IMG/VR virus record: IMGVR_UViG_3300040959_000809
DNA length: 64,000 nt
Source of the DNA: a virus
Direction: 5' to 3' (one strand)
Part shown: in pieces, positions 1 to 8,377 of the stretch
How positions within the stretch are numbered: the first letter of the stretch is position 1
Layout of the letters: every line of letters starts with the position of its first letter
The notes under the pieces: generated by a model
What the model was told of the DNA's origin: nothing
Seen by the model: the letters and a program-made list of their open reading frames with translations, nothing else
The model's database searches: none
Position numbers and translations under genes: made by a program

Positions 1-2
1 GA

Positions 3-233
3 GAAGTTCCTATTCCTACTCCTACCGCAGCACCAAAGGCTACAGGTGCAAGAACTCTCCGTAAAGGTATGAAAGGTGATGATGTCGCCAAAATGCAAAA
101 GGCTATTGGTGTAGGTGCTGATGGTGATTTTGGCTTTGGTACACTAACTGCAGTTAAAAAATGGCAGTCATCTAATGGACTTACGGCTGATGGTATTGTA
201 GGACCGGCAACACAAGCTAAAATGTTCAGTTGA
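3..233 (+). CDS. C-terminal fragment of a peptidoglycan-binding-domain protein (probable endolysin); 5' end outside window
   Basis: Hand translation of frame 3: ...TLRKGMKGDDVAKMQKAIGVGADGDFGFGTLTAVKKWQSSNGLTADGIVGPATQAKMFS*, the typical PG_binding_1 pattern (DGxFG..T..AV..WQ...GL.aDGIVG..T). Not in the ORF track. Confidence 0.85.
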   Translation, partial: EVPIPTPTAAPKATGARTLRKGMKGDDVAKMQKAIGVGADGDFGFGTLTAVKKWQSSNGLTADGIVGPATQAKMFS

Positions 234-241
234 TATAAATA
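234..241 (+). promoter_or_regulatory. T4-type late promoter TATAAATA
   Basis: Exact TATAAATA directly after the upstream stop, 28 nt before the ATG at 269. Confidence 0.75.
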
Positions 242-268
242 GTTTTGATAAAAAAATAGGAGACATCG

Positions 269-718
269 ATGTCGGTTGAAAAAATTATTAGATCCGCAAT
301 AGAGGAAAAACCATTAGAGATGAAGGAAGCACTTGATTTAGAAATGAATCAACGTGTACATCTTGCTCTCGAGGGTTATAAAAAGAAAAAAATGGCCGAA
401 AACGATGATGAGGCTGAAGGTGACAATGATACATGTGATCATTGTAACGGAACTGGCTATCATGAGAATGATGGTGAAAAGGTTAAATGCAAACCCTGTA
501 AAGGGACCGGCAAAGTTTCAGATGACGACGATGATGACGATGATGACGATGATGATGAGCAAGATGTACAGGAATCAGACGAGTATGAAGCTGATAAAGT
601 ACATATGTCCAGAGAATTGGCTAAAAGAGCTCGTGAACGTGGTGACTATAAAGTCGCACAAAAACATGACCGTGAACAGGAAAAGCATGCTATCCGCCAA
701 CACGGCATACAAAAATAA
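269..718 (+). CDS. Acidic late protein: gp67-like N-terminus, DnaJ-type zinc finger, poly-Asp tract
   Basis: CDHCNGTG...CKPCKGTG (two CxxCxGxG motifs), 12 consecutive Asp, SD AGGAG; N-terminus resembles the next ORF. Confidence 0.6.
   Translation: MSVEKIIRSAIEEKPLEMKEALDLEMNQRVHLALEGYKKKKMAENDDEAEGDNDTCDHCNGTGYHENDGEKVKCKPCKGTGKVSDDDDDDDDDDDDEQDVQESDEYEADKVHMSRELAKRARERGDYKVAQKHDREQEKHAIRQHGIQK
521..556 (+). repeat. GAT/GAC trinucleotide tract coding Asp12
   Basis: gatgacgacgatgatgacgatgatgacgatgatgat, in frame. Confidence 0.9.
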
Positions 719-730
719 AAGGAAAATATT

Positions 731-955
731 ATGTCAGTAGAAAATATGATTAAATCGGCGATTGACAGTAGCCCAGTTGATTTTCAAGATCAATTCGGTA
801 CAATTATGGCAGATCGAGTAAAAGATGCTTTATCTGCTAAATATAATGAAATGTCTGCTGGTGCGGTAGAAATTGAACCAGAAGTTGAGGCGCCAGAAAT
901 GGAAGCCTCAGCTGAAGTAGAGACCTCAAGCGATGAGGTGAACTCGGAGGTATAA
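731..955 (+). CDS. Small acidic protein, prohead core gp67-like (tentative)
   Basis: MSVENMIKSAID...FGTIMADRVKDALSAK followed by a Glu-rich tail; under the late promoter. Confidence 0.45.
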   Translation: MSVENMIKSAIDSSPVDFQDQFGTIMADRVKDALSAKYNEMSAGAVEIEPEVEAPEMEASAEVETSSDEVNSEV

Positions 956-1465
956 ATGTTTAGCGGTGTTAAAATCGCTTTTGTTTTTGTAATTTTGGCA
1001 ACAGCTGGAAGTGGTTACTTATACATTACAAAGCTTCAATCTGATTTACAAACAGCTAGAGCAAATGTGGCTAAAATGGAGGTTGCTGTGGCGACCGCAG
1101 AATCTAGTGTGAAGGCACTACAGGAAGATGCGGTCAAAATGGCAACTTTAAATCAAAAGCTAAATGCTGATCTTCAACAGGCTGAGGCCTATGGTGATGA
1201 CCTCAGATCAAAATTGAGTCGGCACAATCTTACAACTCTGGCATTGAAAGAGCCAGGTCAACTTGAAGGAAAGATGAATGGTGCGACAGCAAAATTATGG
1301 CGTAGGCTCGAAAAGGACACTGGCGGTCCTGGCGATACTCCTCTTCCTCCCTGGCTGCAGCGCCCTACTGCTGGGGAAACCGGAACCGGAAGTACAGGTA
1401 GTAACCCAAATCCAGAAAACGACAGTGCCGACGGTAGCGCGGCCGAAACCGATACGTCTAACTGA
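956..1465 (+). CDS. Inner-membrane spanin (Rz-like)
   Basis: N-terminal transmembrane segment (IAFVFVILATAGSGYLYI), long coiled coil, overlaps a lipoprotein gene. Confidence 0.7.
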   Translation: MFSGVKIAFVFVILATAGSGYLYITKLQSDLQTARANVAKMEVAVATAESSVKALQEDAVKMATLNQKLNADLQQAEAYGDDLRSKLSRHNLTTLALKEPGQLEGKMNGATAKLWRRLEKDTGGPGDTPLPPWLQRPTAGETGTGSTGSNPNPENDSADGSAAETDTSN

Positions 1466-1682
1466 TACACAATTATATGTAGTCAATAAAGATAACCTCG
1501 AGGAATTCTTAAAAGAGTTCGAAGAAAAAAATGGTAATGTAGCCTTTGTGGCATTTAGTGTAAAGGACTATGAGAATCTTTCATTAAATATTGCTGAGTT
1601 ACGCCGATATATTGGTCAACAAAAAGAAATTATAATTTATTATGAAAATGCAACCAGGCCAGAGCCTTCAACAAATAAATAG
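1278..1682 (+). CDS. Outer-membrane lipoprotein spanin (Rz1-like)
   Basis: Signal KRTLAVLAILLFLPGC with lipobox LPGC; Pro-rich segment after the Cys; overlaps the i-spanin by 188 nt in the +1 frame. Confidence 0.7.
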   Translation: MVRQQNYGVGSKRTLAVLAILLFLPGCSALLLGKPEPEVQVVTQIQKTTVPTVARPKPIRLTDTQLYVVNKDNLEEFLKEFEEKNGNVAFVAFSVKDYENLSLNIAELRRYIGQQKEIIIYYENATRPEPSTNK

Positions 1683-1712
1683 TAATATTAACCAGTATGA
1701 GGTATCATCCCG

Positions 1713-2210
1713 GTGGCAGAAGATAATAAAGACTTAAAAACGGACATTGCGCTGATTAAATCAGACATCAAACAGATTGAAAAATTTTTTAATAGGTTTG
1801 AAGCAGCAATCGAAACTATGTCAAATATCGGGCAGAAAGTGGCAGTTCAAAGTGAGATACTTAAAAATACTGCTGATAAGCTTGACGATATGGAAGATAG
1901 GATTGAGAATCACAAGAAGGAAGATATTGCTCGTGCCGCCGTCATGACTGATAGGCTGGAACAATATAGACTTTCATCAAAAGAAGACCACCAACGATTA
2001 TCAGATCTGAGTGCACAAAACAGAGAAAAACGTAATCAAGAAATTATGACTGAATTATCTAAATTAAATGGCAATTTAGAAAGAAAAATGGATAGTCTTT
2101 CTTCAAGGATTGGTAAACTTGAGAATTGGAAATACTATATGATGGGACTTGGAGCAGCCGTTTTGTTTATAGTAATTAAATTTATTGTTCCTACAATAAC
2201 TATTACTTAA
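1713..2210 (+). CDS. Coiled-coil protein with C-terminal membrane anchor (holin-like, tentative)
   Basis: GTG start; heptad-rich body; terminal hydrophobic helix WKYYMMGLGAAVLFIVIKFIV; follows the spanins. Confidence 0.4.
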   Translation: MAEDNKDLKTDIALIKSDIKQIEKFFNRFEAAIETMSNIGQKVAVQSEILKNTADKLDDMEDRIENHKKEDIARAAVMTDRLEQYRLSSKEDHQRLSDLSAQNREKRNQEIMTELSKLNGNLERKMDSLSSRIGKLENWKYYMMGLGAAVLFIVIKFIVPTITIT

Positions 2211-2233
2211 TATTACCTTAAGGACATAGTCCT

Positions 2234-2262
2234 ATTATATCAAACACCCAACCAACTGTCAA
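2234..2262 (-). promoter_or_regulatory. Perfect-consensus sigma70 promoter on the minus strand, antisense to the lysis genes
   Basis: Reverse complement reads TTGACA-17 nt-TATAAT. Confidence 0.7.
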
Positions 2263-2295
2263 CAACTAATTTGTAAAAAAATATAAAAAAAATGG

Positions 2296-2324
2296 TTGAC
2301 TTTTTAGTCAGCCTGTTTTATTAT
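2296..2324 (+). promoter_or_regulatory. Early sigma70-type promoter for primase
   Basis: AAAAAAATGG-TTGACT-17 nt-TATTAT. Confidence 0.7.
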
Positions 2325-2361
2325 GTATAGTATCCTCGATGAAAAAAGGTATTATTTGAAT

Positions 2362-3369
2362 ATGGTAGACTTTGTAGACCTACAATACGCCCAACTACTT
2401 TCCGGTAGACTTGAGCAATTTAAGATTAGACACACTAGTCCTTATAAAATTAACTTCAGATGTCCTATCTGTGGTGATTCTCAGAAATCAAGGTCGAAGG
2501 CCCGCGGTTGGCTGTTGGAGAGAGACAATAAGTTCTTTTATTATTGCCACAATTGTGGTGAGAGTCAAACGTTCTCTACGTTTCTCAAGACGGTTGACAA
2601 CGTTGCCTATAAGGATTGGGTGGCGGACAAATATGTAAAAAAAGATAAACCAAATACAACATCTAGTATACTAAATAAATTTTCGGCACCGGTCTTTGAT
2701 ACCAAAAATCCTTTGAAAAAATTAAAAAAGATCAGTCAACTACGGTTTGACCACCCTATTAAAAGATATATAGAGAGTAGGGCAATTCCTACTGATTCAC
2801 ATTGGCGTTTATATTATGCTCCCAAATTCAAAACATGGGTCAATGAGATCATACCTAATAAGTTTGAGAATATAGAAAAAGACGAACCAAGATTGGTTAT
2901 GCCATTTTTTGATGAGAATGGCAAGATGTTTGGTGTCTCAGCCAGAGGATTTAATCCAAAGGGTGTGCGATACCTGACCATTATGTTTGATGAAAGGCCA
3001 AAAATATTTGGACTTGATACTGTGGACTTTGATAAACAATATTATGTGATGGAAGGTGCTATTGATAGTTTCTTTGTGACCAATGCTCTTGCTATGGCAG
3101 GCGCCGATGGTACAGTTAAGGGGTTGAAAAATTTTGATAATGCTGTATTTGTATTTGATGCTGAACCTCGAAACCGGGAAATAGTAAAACGAATGGAAAA
3201 GGTCATATCTGGTGGATACAGAATCTGTATATGGCCTAGTGATATAATTGGTAAAGATGTAAACGAAATGATTTTAAATGGAACAGAAAATGTCAACAGG
3301 GTAATTCAGGATAATATCTATAAAGGATTACAGGCTAAGTTGAGATTGCATGAATGGAGAAAAGTATGA
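2362..3369 (+). CDS. gp61: DNA primase (T4 gp61-like)
   Basis: Zinc finger CPICGDS...CHNCG, TOPRIM motifs EGAIDS and VFDAEPRN, KDVNEM; start moved to ATG 2362 because 2323 overlaps the -10 box. Confidence 0.93.
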   Translation: MVDFVDLQYAQLLSGRLEQFKIRHTSPYKINFRCPICGDSQKSRSKARGWLLERDNKFFYYCHNCGESQTFSTFLKTVDNVAYKDWVADKYVKKDKPNTTSSILNKFSAPVFDTKNPLKKLKKISQLRFDHPIKRYIESRAIPTDSHWRLYYAPKFKTWVNEIIPNKFENIEKDEPRLVMPFFDENGKMFGVSARGFNPKGVRYLTIMFDERPKIFGLDTVDFDKQYYVMEGAIDSFFVTNALAMAGADGTVKGLKNFDNAVFVFDAEPRNREIVKRMEKVISGGYRICIWPSDIIGKDVNEMILNGTENVNRVIQDNIYKGLQAKLRLHEWRKV

Positions 3370-4040
3370 ATGTGAATTTAATTAGTTACTCACAGCCAAC
3401 CGAAAACTTTATCGGTATTGAGGATGTGCAGGATTTAATTGCCTATGCGGCAAGGGTTTCAAATCCAAGTAACCAAATAAATAAGGAGACAGCCCCAAAG
3501 CTATTAAGTTATTTAATTAAACATAAGCATTGGTCACCGTTTGAAATGGCTTCAGCATGTATGGAAATTGAAACTACACGTGATATTGCTAGACAGCTTT
3601 TACGTCATAGATCATTTTCGTTTCAAGAGTTTAGTCAACGTTATGCAGACCCTACTACAGATTTAGATTTTGAAATTAGAGACGCAAGACTGCAAGACCC
3701 TAAGAATAGACAGAACAGTATCGCACTTGATATGTCTGATGAATACGACGGTGGTTTACAAGATCGTTGGGGACAAATGCAACAACGTGTTATAAACGAA
3801 GCCAAGATTGCTTACAACTGGGCCATCGATAACGGTATTGCTAAAGAACAAGCAAGGGCAGTACTACCAGAAGGAAACACACGTTCAAGATTATATGTGA
3901 ATGGAACTATTCGTTCTTGGATCCATTATATCGAGTTACGTAGTGCAAATGGTACTCAAAAAGAACATATGGATTTAGCAGTTGAATGTGCTAAGGCAAT
4001 TTCCAGCATCTTTCCGCACACGGATGAATATCTAAAATAG
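3366..4040 (+). CDS. thyX: FAD-dependent thymidylate synthase
   Basis: ThyX signature RHRSFSFQEFSQRY, HWSPFE, EQARAVLP. Confidence 0.97.
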   Translation: MNVNLISYSQPTENFIGIEDVQDLIAYAARVSNPSNQINKETAPKLLSYLIKHKHWSPFEMASACMEIETTRDIARQLLRHRSFSFQEFSQRYADPTTDLDFEIRDARLQDPKNRQNSIALDMSDEYDGGLQDRWGQMQQRVINEAKIAYNWAIDNGIAKEQARAVLPEGNTRSRLYVNGTIRSWIHYIELRSANGTQKEHMDLAVECAKAISSIFPHTDEYLK

Positions 4041-4058
4041 TAAGAGACAAAAATAGAG

Positions 4059-4080
4059 CAGGGGTTCAAGCCCCTGTTTT
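4059..4080 (+). terminator. Probable intrinsic terminator after thyX
   Basis: CAGGGG-ttcaag-CCCCTG followed by TTTT. Confidence 0.55.
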
Positions 4081-4100
4081 CTATTGAACTAGGAGAAAAT

Positions 4101-6398
4101 ATGATACAAGTAACAAAAAGGGACGGTTCAAAGGAACCACTGGACATTGAAAAGTTGCATAAGGTTGTTTTTCACGCATGTCGGGATATTACTGGTGTGA
4201 GCCCTAGTGAAGTTGAGATCAATAGTCAGATTCAGTTTTACAATGGGATTACATCACAGGAAATCCAGGAAACATTAATCAAAGCTGCGGCTGATCTTAT
4301 CAGTGAGGAAACACCTAACTATCAATTTGTTGGTGGTCGTATGATTAACTATGCTCTGCGTAAAGAAGTATATGGTCATTATGAGCCTTGCTCAATTAAG
4401 GAACTTGTAGAGCGTAATACTGAAATTGGTTTTTATGATCCAGAATTAATTACAAAATATAATGATGATGAATGGGCCAAGCTCGACTCCTATGTTAAAC
4501 ATGGACGTGATGAAGATCTGACATATGTTGCTATGGAACAACTTCGTGGCAAATATCTATGCCAAAATCGTGTGACGGGTGAAATTTTTGAAACACCTCA
4601 GATGTGTTATATCCTTATTGCCGCTACTCTTTTTCAGGACTATCCCACAGACATACGAATGGAATGGGTAAAGGAATATTATGATGCTATTTCTCTACAC
4701 GACATTAGCCTTCCTACTCCTGTTATGGCCGGTGTTCGTACTCCTCAGAGACAATTCAGTTCGTGTGTCCTTATTGAAACTGGTGATAGTCTTGATTCCA
4801 TTAATGCTACTTCTTCCTCTATTGTCAAATACGTCAGTCAGAAGGCTGGTATTGGAATTGGTGGCGGAAGCATTCGAGCTATTGGTACTCCTATCCGTAA
4901 GGGTGATGCGTTTCATACTGGTATCATACCATTCTATAAGATGTTTCAGTCGGCTACAAAATCTTGCTCGCAGGGTGGTGTACGAGGTGGTGCCGCTACC
5001 ATTTATTACCCAATTTGGCACTTGGAAGTAGAAGAATTGCTAGTGCTCAAGAATAATAAAGGTACTGAAGAGAATCGTGTACGTCATATGGATTATGGTG
5101 TACAATTTAATAAGCTGATGTATGAGCGACTTATCTCCGGTGGTGATATAACCCTATTCTCACCATCAGATGTGCCTGGATTGTATGAAGCTTTCTTTGC
5201 AGACCAAGATAAGTTCCGTGAACTATATGAACGTGCCGAACGTAATACACGGCTTCGTAAAAAGACGATGAAGGCATCTGAACTGTTCTCTATGTTTATG
5301 GAGGAGAGAAAGAACACTGGAAGGATCTATTTGCAGAATGTTGATAACGCTAATGACCACGGTTCATTTTTGCCAGATGTCGCACCGATTCGTCAATCAA
5401 ATCTTTGCGCTGAAATTGATTTGCCAACCAAACCGCTGAACGATGTAAATGATCCTGAAGGTGAAATCAGTCTTTGTACATTGAGTGCTATTAACTGGGG
5501 TAACATAAGGCAACCAAGCGACTTTGAACGAATTTGCAAGTTGGCAGTAAGAGGTTTGGATGCTCTATTGAGCTATCAGAATTATCCTATTTTGGCTGCT
5601 CAACTCTCTACTGAAAAGCGGCGGCCTATTGGAATTGGAATTATTAACTTTGCATATTGGTTGGCAAAACACGACCTCACATATCAAGATATTACATCAG
5701 AAGGGTTGGAATTAATTGATGAATATGCAGAGGCATGGTCCTATTATCTTATCAAAGCCTCTGCTGACCTAGCAGTAGAACAGGGACCTATTCCTGGGCT
5801 GATGGAGACCAAATACGGACACGGCATTACTCCTAACCAGACATATAAGAAAGACTTAGATGAGTTGGTTAAGCACAAAGAGCGTATGGATTGGAAGGGA
5901 CTTCGTAAACAGCTCAAGCATACTGGTATTCGTAACTCTACACTCATGGCTCTAATGCCATCCGAAACATCAGCTCAAATTGCAAATGCGACTAACGGTA
6001 TTGAGCCACCTCGGTCACTTATTTCAGTTAAACAATCAAAGCATGGAGTATTAAAACAGGTCGTTCCTGAATTTAAGCGACTAAAAAATAAATATGATCT
6101 ACTGTGGGACCAAAAGTCTCCAGAAGGTTACTTGAAAATTATGGCGGTTCTACAAAAGTACATTGACCAAGGTATCAGTATCAATACTAGTTACAATCCA
6201 GTATATTCAGAAGATGAAAAGATTCCTATGAGTACAATGTTGCAGCACCTATTGATGTTCTACAAATATGGTGGGAAGCAGTTATATTACTTTAATACCT
6301 ACGATGGTCAAGGTGAGGTTGATGTTGACAAGTTGGCACAAGAGCCTCTTGCACAATCAGATGTAGATGATGAGGATTGCGAATCCTGCACAATATAA
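4101..6398 (+). CDS. nrdA: Ribonucleotide reductase class Ia alpha subunit
   Basis: N-terminal ATP cone (VTKRDG), QFSSCV, QSNLCAE, MPSETS, C-terminal CESC; no intein or intron. Confidence 0.98.
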   Translation: MIQVTKRDGSKEPLDIEKLHKVVFHACRDITGVSPSEVEINSQIQFYNGITSQEIQETLIKAAADLISEETPNYQFVGGRMINYALRKEVYGHYEPCSIKELVERNTEIGFYDPELITKYNDDEWAKLDSYVKHGRDEDLTYVAMEQLRGKYLCQNRVTGEIFETPQMCYILIAATLFQDYPTDIRMEWVKEYYDAISLHDISLPTPVMAGVRTPQRQFSSCVLIETGDSLDSINATSSSIVKYVSQKAGIGIGGGSIRAIGTPIRKGDAFHTGIIPFYKMFQSATKSCSQGGVRGGAATIYYPIWHLEVEELLVLKNNKGTEENRVRHMDYGVQFNKLMYERLISGGDITLFSPSDVPGLYEAFFADQDKFRELYERAERNTRLRKKTMKASELFSMFMEERKNTGRIYLQNVDNANDHGSFLPDVAPIRQSNLCAEIDLPTKPLNDVNDPEGEISLCTLSAINWGNIRQPSDFERICKLAVRGLDALLSYQNYPILAAQLSTEKRRPIGIGIINFAYWLAKHDLTYQDITSEGLELIDEYAEAWSYYLIKASADLAVEQGPIPGLMETKYGHGITPNQTYKKDLDELVKHKERMDWKGLRKQLKHTGIRNSTLMALMPSETSAQIANATNGIEPPRSLISVKQSKHGVLKQVVPEFKRLKNKYDLLWDQKSPEGYLKIMAVLQKYIDQGISINTSYNPVYSEDEKIPMSTMLQHLLMFYKYGGKQLYYFNTYDGQGEVDVDKLAQEPLAQSDVDDEDCESCTI

Positions 6399-6407
6399 AA
6401 AAATTAG

Positions 6408-6436
6408 TTGACATTACATCGGTATTATGTTATATT
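6408..6436 (+). promoter_or_regulatory. Early promoter upstream of nrdB
   Basis: TTGACA-17 nt-TATATT preceded by an A-tract. Confidence 0.65.
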
Positions 6437-6471
6437 GGTTTAATGTGGCTACAATATCAAAGAGGGCAAGA

Positions 6472-7599
6472 ATGAGCGTTTTTAACACCGCAAACAAAGC
6501 GGATCACACAAAGGTAACAATGTTTTTGGATCCAACTGGTGGTCCAACAATTCAGCGTTACGACACATTAAAATATAAATCATTTGATAAGTTGACTGAT
6601 AGTCAACTCGGGTTTTTCTGGCGACCAGAAGAGGTTGACATTTACCAGGATGCAAAGGACTTTAAAAGTCTAACTGAACATGAACAACACATCTTTACGA
6701 GTAATTTGAAGCGTCAAATTTTACTTGATTCTGTGCAAGGTCGAGCTCCAGTAGAAGCATTTGCTCCTATTGTAAGTTTGCCAGAGATTGAGAATTGGAT
6801 CCAAACATGGACATTCTCAGAGACAATTCATAGCCGTTCGTACACACATATTATTCGTAACATTTATTCTAATCCATCTAAAATCTTTGATGAAATGATG
6901 GACATTGAAGAAATTGTTGATTGTGCTGGCGACATCTCCAAGTATTATGATGACCTGATTAGAATGAGTTCATATTACAATCTACTGGGTGTTGGTCGTC
7001 ATGCAATCAATGGTGATATTGTACCTGTTGACCTATATGAGTTGAAGAAGCTATTATGGCTTACACTGATGAGTGTTAACATTCTTGAAGGTGTTCGTTT
7101 CTATGTTTCGTTTGCATGTTCTTGGGCATTTGCAGAACTGAAGAAGATGGAAGGTAATGCTAAGATCATCAAGTTGATTGCACGTGATGAGAATTTGCAC
7201 CTTGCTTCGACTCAACTAATGCTTCGTACACTACAAAAGGACGACCCAGATTTTGTAAAAATTGCAAAAGAAACTGAAGCAGAATGCATTCAAATGTTTG
7301 TAGATGCTGTAGACCAAGAAAAGGCCTGGGCTGAATATCTATTTAAAGACGGGTCAATGATTGGTTTGAATACTGAGTTGCTTGGGCAATATATTGAGTT
7401 TATTTGTACACGCCGAATGAAGAATGTAAATTTGACCTCTCCTTATGATGTCAAAACAAATCCACTTCCGTGGACTCAAAAATGGATTTCTGGTGCTGAT
7501 GTTCAGGTAGCACCTCAGGAAACAGAAATTACAAGTTATGTATCAGGTGGGACTAAACAAGACGTATCAACAGACACATTTAAGGGGTTCTCACTATGA
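6472..7599 (+). CDS. nrdB: Ribonucleotide reductase class Ia beta subunit
   Basis: FFWRPEE, ETIHSRSY (radical Tyr), EGVRFYVSF, RDENLH; start set at MSVFN because the longer ORF overlaps the promoter. Confidence 0.97.
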   Translation: MSVFNTANKADHTKVTMFLDPTGGPTIQRYDTLKYKSFDKLTDSQLGFFWRPEEVDIYQDAKDFKSLTEHEQHIFTSNLKRQILLDSVQGRAPVEAFAPIVSLPEIENWIQTWTFSETIHSRSYTHIIRNIYSNPSKIFDEMMDIEEIVDCAGDISKYYDDLIRMSSYYNLLGVGRHAINGDIVPVDLYELKKLLWLTLMSVNILEGVRFYVSFACSWAFAELKKMEGNAKIIKLIARDENLHLASTQLMLRTLQKDDPDFVKIAKETEAECIQMFVDAVDQEKAWAEYLFKDGSMIGLNTELLGQYIEFICTRRMKNVNLTSPYDVKTNPLPWTQKWISGADVQVAPQETEITSYVSGGTKQDVSTDTFKGFSL

Positions 7600-7817
7600 C
7601 GGTAGAAATTTGGGGCAAGGACAATTGTCCTTATTGTGTAAAAGCAAAGGCATTATGCGAACAGAAGGAATTGGAATATACATATAAACAACTGGGTATA
7701 GACTTTACCCGCGAGGAAATATTAGAAACGTTTCCAGGTGCAAGAACATTTCCACAGATTAAGGTAGACGAGTCTCCTATTGGTGGTTACGAACAATTAT
7801 GGCATTTATACTCATAA
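7596..7817 (+). CDS. nrdC: Glutaredoxin (NrdC-like)
   Basis: CPYC active site, TFPQI and IGGY motifs, next to nrdB. Confidence 0.92.
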   Translation: MTVEIWGKDNCPYCVKAKALCEQKELEYTYKQLGIDFTREEILETFPGARTFPQIKVDESPIGGYEQLWHLYS

Positions 7818-7881
7818 ATCAGTATGCTAAAATAACATAAATAAGCTTGTAAGTTCACCCACTAAGAGGAATGTAAATAAA

Positions 7882-8361
7882 ATGAACACAAACGAATATG
7901 ACATTGTCGTGATTAAGGTCGTCGACGGTGATACAGTAGATGTAGATATTGATCTTGGATTCGGTATTTGCTTGAAGGATGAGAGGGTCCGTATTATGGG
8001 CATCGATACTCCTGAATCACGTACATCAGATAGAGTAGAAAAGTTATTTGGTAAGGCATCTAGCAAACGGCTAGGTGAGTTGCTTGCAAATGGTGCTAAA
8101 CTTATTACTACTGAGGACAAATCTGGTGAGGATATGAAGGGAAAGTTTGGTCGTATTCTTGGTGACTTTCGTGCTGCGGATGGACGTTTGGTTACTGAAA
8201 TCATGATTTCAGAAGGGCATTGTGTTCCATATTTTGGTGGATCAAAGGAAGAGGTCCAAGCACAACATATGAAAAATAGGGAAAAGCTATTAGCCGAAGG
8301 TGTAGTAGACCGTGCAGAATTTGATAAAATGACAATCGCTGAGGCTAACGAAAAGAAATAA
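7882..8361 (+). CDS. Thermonuclease (SNase-like) family nuclease
   Basis: [22 protein letters not shown]. Confidence 0.88.
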   Translation: MNTNEYDIVVIKVVDGDTVDVDIDLGFGICLKDERVRIMGIDTPESRTSDRVEKLFGKASSKRLGELLANGAKLITTEDKSGEDMKGKFGRILGDFRAADGRLVTEIMISEGHCVPYFGGSKEEVQAQHMKNREKLLAEGVVDRAEFDKMTIAEANEKK

Positions 8362-8377
8362 TGCAAGGTTTTTTGCT

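Noticed and set aside
521-556. Trinucleotide repeat as a contingency locus or CRISPR-like array
   Set aside because: Mixed GAT/GAC codons, in frame, no spacers; simply encodes Asp12
354-740. 128-aa ORF with a MTTMMTMMMS run
   Set aside because: Frame-shifted shadow of the poly-Asp tract of ORF 269; no SD, and the composition is explained by the GAT/GAC repeat
1258-1486. Two minus-strand ORFs that the antisense promoter at 2262 could drive
   Set aside because: They lie about 750 nt from the promoter, lack an SD and mirror the GC-rich spanin overlap; treated as shadows
4101-7599. Introns, inteins or homing endonucleases in nrdA/nrdB (also checked thyX, gp17, gp20, gp23)
   Set aside because: All are continuous ORFs of normal length with no LAGLIDADG/HNH/GIY-YIG or Hint motifs
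7827-8366. 179-aa minus-strand ORF
   Set aside because: Antisense shadow of the well-supported SNase gene; Ser-rich, no motif. The same applies to most other antisense and nested ORFs in the track (e.g. 22633, 42291, 44357, 50879, 55341)
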